From Octopus sinensis (taxonomy: Eukaryota), in NCBI RefSeq assembly GCF_006345805.1, contig NW_021832449.1, forward strand, positions 1-30,991: a stretch of DNA of 30,991 nucleotides. Reading direction: 5' to 3'. The notes below the pieces were generated by a model. That model did no database searches. It was not told the DNA's origin and was given only the letters and a program-made list of their open reading frames with translations. A program made the position numbers and the translations under genes. Every line of letters begins with the position of its first letter. The first letter of the stretch is position 1. This document shows positions 24,298-30,991 of the stretch, one piece after another.

Positions 24298-24329
24298 GAT
24301 AATATCGATATTTAAATATCGATATTATC
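24298..24329. other. Perfect 32-bp palindrome
   Basis: GATAATATCGATATTT|AAATATCGATATTATC. Confidence 0.95.
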
Positions 24330-24577
24330 AAGTGGCAAGCGTGGGAAAAAATACCGTACAAAGGTGATAATTTTTTACAACTAAAAATAAGGGTGTCTGA
24401 GAGACACCACTATGCCGAAATAGCAGTCAAAACCCTGACTTTAAAAACCACGTTAAATGTTCATATCGTGCCATGAGATAAGACAGAGGGACAAAATAGA
24501 CCAGCAAAAAATATTATTGAATAATTCAAGATCCAGGATTTCTGGTTTTGTTTTAAATAAGCTTTACCGTCGCTTAG

Positions 24578-24661
<84 letters not shown>

Positions 24662-24928
24662 AATTAACATGCATATATATGTATGTATGCATATATAAAT
24701 TAGTATGAATAAATAAATACAAATAATGATGTAAATGTACCAATAAAAAGCAATTGACGACCAAGAATAAGTATTGATGGATGCGAAAAGTAGCCAATAA
24801 CTTCAGCAATATTCTAACATTCTCTCGAAATTGTCATTCCTGGGATACTATAACAATTTATTTCCAAAATGTGCGAGAATAATTCCAGAAATGGAAATCA
24901 TTCCTGAGTTACTTTGCTATTATTTATT

Positions 24929-24932
<4 letters not shown>

Positions 24933-24977
<45 letters not shown>
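24933..24977. repeat. (TG)n microsatellite
   Basis: Pure run. Confidence 0.98.
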
Positions 24978-24979
<2 letters not shown>

Positions 24980-25370
24980 ACATTTACTTATTTACGTTTG
25001 TTTTCGCTATTTTTCTTAGCAATTAGAACTGAAAGCAATAAGTAAAACAGAATCGCAAAAATAGCAAAACGTTTGAAAGGAGAAGAAGAATGTCATGTGA
25101 GAAGTAATTTGAAAAAAAAATTTATGAAACATGTAGGATCCTAATAATGCACTTCTTATGAGTGGCCAATTGCCCTGATTTATTAATATTTATTTTTGTG
25201 TAGATATTTCGTTATTGTTTTTGTATAAGTGAAAAAAGGAAAGGAAAAACGTGTAAAGGATGCGATTTTTTCAGTTTTTTTTTATTTTATTGGGGAGGAG
25301 TGAAGGAAACTAGCAACAAAATCTCAATAAATGAGTAGAATACAGGAAAATATGTATTTCTAAATGTTAA

Positions 25371-25410
<40 letters not shown>

Positions 25411-25414
<4 letters not shown>

Positions 25415-25530
25415 CCTGCTCGCTTAGCCAGTGGGGTGGCGTCGTTCGAAGGCTAAAACAATGCGAACGGATTGTGACCAGCGATGTGTAGCAACATCTG
25501 ATGGTCTGGTCGGTCACGTGATCACGTGAT
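25411..25530 (+). mobile_element. Isolated SINE tail Y
   Basis: GGCCTGCTCGCTTAGCCAGTGGGGTGGCGTCGTTCGAAGG...GGTCACGTGATCACGTGA between (AT)n runs; shared with families B and C. Confidence 0.8.
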
Positions 25531-25552
25531 ATATATATATATATACATGTAT

Positions 25553-25876
25553 AGGAGTGTGGTAAGAAGATTGTTTCCCAACCACATGGTTCCGGGTTCG
25601 GATCCACTCTGTGGCGCCTTGGGCCACTACCTTCTTCTATAGCCTCGGGCCGTCCAAAATCTTGTGAGTAGATTTGGTAGATGGAAACTGAAAGAAGCCC
25701 GTCGAATATATATATATATGTGTGTGTATGTGTCTGTGTGTGTGTGTGTGTATCTGCGTTTGTCTCCGTATCTGCGTTTGTCTAGAATAAGTCCTGGCTC
25801 GATTTGCCCAACTAAAGGCGTTGCTTCAGCATGGCCGCAGTCAAATAACTGAAACAAGTAAATGAGTGAAAGAATA
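25553..25876 (+). mobile_element. SINE family A with internal deletion
   Basis: Head, core and tail match 27727-28120; the segment between the microsatellite and AGAATAAGTCCTGG is missing, replaced by a short GTATCTGCGTTTGTCT duplication. Confidence 0.9.
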
Positions 25877-26113
25877 TCTATCTAGGGCGAGTAAAATTCC
25901 CGAAATTATGCATATATTTTTCTATATTTTTCGATTTATTAGTTTTCTGCTAATTTCTTTCTTTATCCTTCTTGTCTTTCTATAAATTGCCTTTGACGTT
26001 ATATCTATTAACGCTTTTAAAAAAATAATAACTTGCCAGGTTTCTCTTCATTGTATACGCAGTCATCACATTCTCTTAAAATGTCTTGTTGATGTGTTTA
26101 GTTTCTTTTTTTT

Positions 26114-26201
26114 TCTCTCTGATGGGAAGATTGCGTTGTTTTACGTCATCTTATTCCTTCCGGAATAATACCAATGTTTTCTTCGAAACATATGTCGGAA
26201 G
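26114..26201 (+). ncRNA. Type I hammerhead-like motif, partly decayed
   Basis: CTGATGG (A9 to G) 26119-26125; stem II GAAGA/TCTTC with long insert; GAAAC-ATAT-GTC; weak stem I. Confidence 0.5.
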
Positions 26202-26400
26202 TATAATGAATTGAATAACATCTGCGATTAACCCCCCTCTCTCTCTCTATATATATATATATACACACAAACTTACACGCACAACCACAAACACACACAT
26301 ATACAGGCAGACCCACACATATACAACACCCACATACACGCGGACACCACAAACATAAACATACAAAATATATATATACATACATACATACATACTATAC

Positions 26401-26478
<78 letters not shown>

Positions 26479-26628
26479 TGTTCAATAAAATCAACTTACA
26501 TTTTGAAAACTGTAAATGATTGTATTTGCTGATAAAACGGCAACTTTAATTGATTAACACCTGGAAAAGTAAATCACAGGTTTTAGAATTACTAGTGGCA
26601 AGGTGGGACAATAATTAGAAACCAAAGT

Positions 26629-26729
26629 AATGTTTAGAAAGAAAGGTGAAACCGCAATCAAATTGTAGTATCTCAGGGGCTCCATTTTCAGTTGTCACAG
26701 ATGTTTGTTTATCTTGGATGTGACTTGGC
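26629..26729 (+). repeat. 101-bp direct repeat, copy 1
   Basis: Differs from 27509-27609 at 4 positions by manual comparison. Confidence 0.95.
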
Positions 26730-27508
26730 GCTCGATACGAATGATTTTAGATAAAGTTGACATTTAGCTTTGACAAGAGCAGAAGCAGCAGCTCGAAATC
26801 TTTAATTTGTTTCAAAATATTCGTTGCGAATAGAATTAATAAGTACAATTCCAAAGTTTGTAATAAAGCAAAACTGCACTGTGGTGGCGACGGTGGGACA
26901 ATGGCAGAACTTATTTCCTATAGGGGTGAGAGCTGGGGGATAACAGAAATACTAATAGAAAAGATTATGTCTGGACAGCATTACCATTGAAGATTACAAT
27001 AGAAAATTATACACTCAACCAAAGACACACAGATTGTCAACAACAACAACAACAACACAACATACCCACACACACACACACATTCACAAAGACATACAAC
27101 GGGAAGAAAGGTCAACTTTGCGATCGATAATGAACGAACAGGACAAGAGCGGTGCTGACAAGTTTATTAATAGTCCGAGGTGTTGCATAATAGAATTAAT
27201 AAATTACTGGAAGACAGCTCTGATCTCAAATGTCCTAGGTTCGAATCCTACCGAGGCCGATAATATAAAACAGGCAAGGAATTGTATAGCGAATATTTAA
27301 TGAGTAAAACTGATCATGTCTTCTCCATAATTTACAATTCTTGAGTAAATGTTAGTAATCAGTATTATGACACTGGAATCGGACACATACCTTAGTGCAT
27401 TTAGTTACGTACCTTTATGTTCTTAGTTTAAATCAGGCCAAGGAGAACCTTGTCAAGTTTCACCCTTTAAGGGGAACTGGATGGACTCTATAATACAAAT
27501 TACCGTCC

Positions 27509-27609
27509 AATGTTTAGAAAGAAAGGTGAAACCGTAATCAAATTGTAGTATTTCAGGAGCTCCTTTTTCAGTTGTCACAGATGTTTGTTTATCTTGGATG
27601 TGACTTGGC
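27509..27609 (+). repeat. 101-bp direct repeat, copy 2
   Basis: See copy 1; offset 880 bp. Confidence 0.95.
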
Positions 27610-27726
27610 CCCGTCCGGGGCGAGAATTTTGCTATAAAAATCTTCATTGATCCCTTCACATCACTATCTAGCAGAAATCTGTTGAACTTGATCGAGTGTC
27701 ACAACTTCGGGAAAATTGAAAGGAGT

Positions 27727-28120
27727 GGCGCAGGAGTGGCTTTGTGGTAAGTAACTTGTTTTCCAACCACATGGTTTAGGGTTCTGTCTCACAGCGTGGC
27801 GCCTAGGGCAAGTGTCTTCTACTGTAGCCCCGGGTCGACCAAAGCCATGTTAGTGGATTTGGTTGACGGAAACTGAAAGAAGCCTGTCGTATATATATGT
27901 GCGTGTGTGTGTATGTGTGTGTTTGTGTGTCTGTGCTTGTTTCCCCAATATCGCTTGACAACCGATGGTGGCGCGTTTACGACCCCGTAACCTTACACTT
28001 CGCCAAAAGAGAATCGATAGAAAAAGTACTAGGCTTACAAAGAATAAGTCCTGGGGTCAGTTTGCTCGACTAAAGGCGGTGGTTTAGCATGGGCGCAGTC
28101 AAATGACTGAAACAAGTAGA
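27727..28120 (+). mobile_element. Full-length tRNA-derived SINE family A
   Basis: GGCGCAGGAGTGGCTTTGTGGTAAG head, core, internal (AT)/(GT) microsatellite, tail ending GCAGTCAAATGACTGAAACAAGTA. Confidence 0.92.
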
Positions 28121-28188
28121 TGAAAAAACATTTTTGTATTCGTGTGTGATTGTATGAAGGCTTATATATATATATATATATATATATA

Positions 28189-28535
28189 CAAGGTGTCCCA
28201 AAAGTCACTGACGGGTTTCAATTTTTAATAATTTCCTTAACTTTGCAAATAAATGGATGAAATTTTGATACAATATAAAGAACATAATGGAAATTAATAG
28301 GGACAAGTCAAATTTTGCAACAGTACTGCATCTCATATGAAAAATGACATCACTTAAATGGCAGCTGTTTTCGGCTTCGCACGGCCGTGCTTTTTCCAAA
28401 ATCTGCATCATAACACCCTCAAGAGTTTCAGAGCACACTTCTGTGATTACTCTATTGACGTTCTCCTTCAGTTGACACAAACTCTCACTTTCAGGTATCG
28501 CCACAAAAAAAAGTCCCGGCGAGTCAAGTGTGGGT
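28189..28535 (-). mobile_element. Tc1/mariner remnant: transposase C-terminus plus TIR
   Basis: TA|CAAGGTGTCCCAAAAG terminus; minus frames give PHLTRRDFFLWRYLKVRV and LKENVNRVITEV...HLSDVIFH, matching the recalled PDLxPxDFFLWGYLKxxV...GGHLxDVIF pattern. Confidence 0.8.
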
Positions 28536-28568
28536 TATGTGAAGGCCATTCAAAGTAGACCTCACACA

Positions 28569-28723
28569 TGGTTCGAGCAAGATGGAGCAACTGTTCATAC
28601 CGCAAGAAAAATAATGCCGTTGCTACGACAGTGCTTTGGAGAGAGAATAATATCCCGCTACGGCAATGTCAACCGGGCTGAAAGAGAGGGTATACATCAA
28701 CAAATCGGAGACCCTTGTGCAAG
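28569..28723 (+). pseudogene. Tc1/mariner transposase catalytic fragment
   Basis: WFEQDGATVHTARKIMPLLRQCFGERIISRYGNVN, then a deletion/frameshift to LKERVYINKSETL. Confidence 0.8.
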
Positions 28724-28835
28724 GGATGTCATCGTTCCCATCTCTAGCCTTGCGTGATACTCACAGACCTAGGTTTCTGGTTTGTTACTCATTCACAGTA
28801 TGAAAAAACAACAAGCTAGCAAAGAAAGCTCTGTC

Positions 28836-28868
<33 letters not shown>

Positions 28869-30004
28869 CTCAATATATATATATATATATATACATAGTG
28901 TATGCTTATGCATTCTTACACACATGTATGTATATACATATATACACATATTTGTATATTTAATAATTCATTTATTTATTCGTATTTCCTTACTAAATCT
29001 TACCAGCGTATTTTAATGGCCGACACTGAAAAATATGACATAAACATACTTTACATTAATTATGGATTTTTTCCACTTGAACACGAAAATCTAAACCGAA
29101 ATCATGGCTTTTCTTCAGCTTCTTTTGGTGGAAATTTATAAATCTAACTTGTTAGATTCTTTAATAATTTATTAAGACATAATTTACATTAGGAAAATTA
29201 ATTTGCCATTTGCTGTATGTGTGACAACGAGCATGGTGTAGGAGCGTATGTGTCACATTGTGTGTATGTGTGTGTGATAGTGTTAGTATATGTGTGACAG
29301 TGTGAGTATATATGTGTATATATGCGTGGCAGTATGTATGTGCAATACTGTTATTGTTTGTTTGGTGCTGTTTTTGGTTGTTTTTTTTCTATGTTTAATG
29401 TGTGATAGCGTGTTTGTGAACGCCATGCATTTTTTGTTGTTGTTACGTATCTGCGTTATTTTGTTTTCATGCGTGATACCACATTTATTAATGTGTGATA
29501 TTGTTTTGTTTGTTTCTTTCCATATGTGATACTACATTTTTATGCACAAATACTGAAAGTGTGAAAAAGGTTACAGCTTTTGAAACTGAAAGTTAAAGAA
29601 CGATCCTTCGCGTTTCCTCTTCTGTTGCAACGAATTCACAAAAAGTGTTAATAAATAAATCGCATTCGAGCATTCTAGAAACAAAAAACAATTGTTCTGT
29701 GAAATATGAACAACAAATGGGAAATAAACGACACTTTTCATCTAGAAAACATGGTCAACCATTTTTTTTTTAGTGTGTGAGAATTTGATTGCATTATGGG
29801 TAATGTGTTTCTATATGTGAATCTATGTCGTTTGTTTCTTTTTAGCCCCAGGTCAGTCCTGATCAAGGAAATCAATGATCAGACGCATTCTTGCTGTGAG
29901 AATTTTGTAATTTTATTTGCTACAATATATCTAGATTTATATTATTCAATGTACATTTTCTTTTCTTAAAGACCGCCATGTGGGATTGCACACAACATGA
30001 TCGA

Positions 30005-30308
30005 ATGGTTTGATATTTCAATTTGCAATCACGAGATCTGTGTTTGATCCCTCAGTGTGGCATCTGAGGAAAATGCTATTTTCTATAACCTGGGGTCGAA
30101 ATTGGGTGGACGAAAACAGCATAGTGCTAAACAGGTGGATTGTACCCGTACTTCAAAAGTATAAACCTATGCCACTCACTTGCTTACAATTACTTTAAGG
30201 GTACACATATCAGTGGATAGACAACCACTTATACGTTATTTCAGGGGCAGGTAATTCAGTTGATCGAATAACTGAATTCTCATCGTTGAACAACGGAGAT
30301 CTTCCACC
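30005..30308 (+). mobile_element. Old SINE family E (A-like core plus alternative tail)
   Basis: GTGTGGCATCTGAGGAAAATGCTATTTTCTATAACCTGGGGTCGA resembles the A core; tail TAAGGGTACAC...TCAGTTGATCGAA resembles 17280-17360. Confidence 0.5.
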
Positions 30309-30991
30309 AGCTTTGTGGTATATATTGGAGAGACGGATACTCTTTCTAGCGTCTCATCCAACTGCTTCAAATTTCTCCTCGGTTTTTCCTTCCACATGAA
30401 ATTTAGAGAAATGTTTCCTTGACGTATCCCATTTTTATTGACTCAAAACACTCTATGGCAGTGGACCTCGAACACTATGCCATGGACACATTGTTTTGCC
30501 TGGTAAAATGTGACGCATGCGCTGTTGTGCAATGGGTCTGTCGCAAGTAATCTCAAGGAGCGCCGTTGATTTTTAAAAACTATAACGCATGAAAGTGTAA
30601 GGGCAGACATGATATTTATGTATTTTTTCATGACTACAATTACATTTAAACAATTAGCAAAAATATGTTACAAGTCTATAAGTTATAGTGGTTTGCGAGT
30701 GATGGCTAAGCTTTGTTTTACCGACTCAAGAAAATATACTCAAATTCTGCCTTCGTAAATCATACTTTTCATCCCTTCAGGTTCGTAAATGTAACATCAC
30801 GGCAGAGTGGTTGAATTGTTAAATTTTTAGGGCGTCATTGGTAACTCTGCACGCAACAGTGTTTGCTTATGTGACATACTCCATGCGTGTAATATTTTCG
30901 TGTATCTAATAAGGTATCTTTGTATGAATAATACTCTATAGATTCATCTTTTGGTGCACTTGCATATAGTTCTCAGTGTATGCGTAAGATT

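Noticed and set aside
26629-27609. LTR retrotransposon or TRIM
   Set aside because: Repeats do not end in CA; no 4-6 bp TSD, PBS or PPT recognised.
28755-28810. Minus-strand GTGAGT splice donor suggesting a micro-exon
   Set aside because: One consensus hexamer is expected by chance; no acceptor or reading frame support.

Overview
AT-rich, microsatellite-saturated eukaryotic DNA with no host protein-coding gene that I can support, so probably intronic or intergenic. The repeat density and SINE families resemble an octopus or other coleoid cephalopod genome (inference from recalled repeat families, not a search). Nearly all ORFs in the track are microsatellite artefacts. Real content: at least five tRNA-derived SINE types with shared modules; two non-autonomous Helitrons with intact ends; a 5'-truncated L1/Tx1-type LINE in a (TATC)n array; a probable LINE 3' UTR (Dong/R4-like) in (TAA)n; a rearranged Tc1/mariner remnant; and Penelope-like element (PLE) ends. 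The most notable signal is six type I hammerhead ribozyme motifs, found by manual folding. Two have intact cores and sit back-to-back on opposite strands in a 423-bp foldback (22148-22570). Coordinates were counted by hand, so edges of diverged repeats are approximate, and SINE labels A-F are my own.
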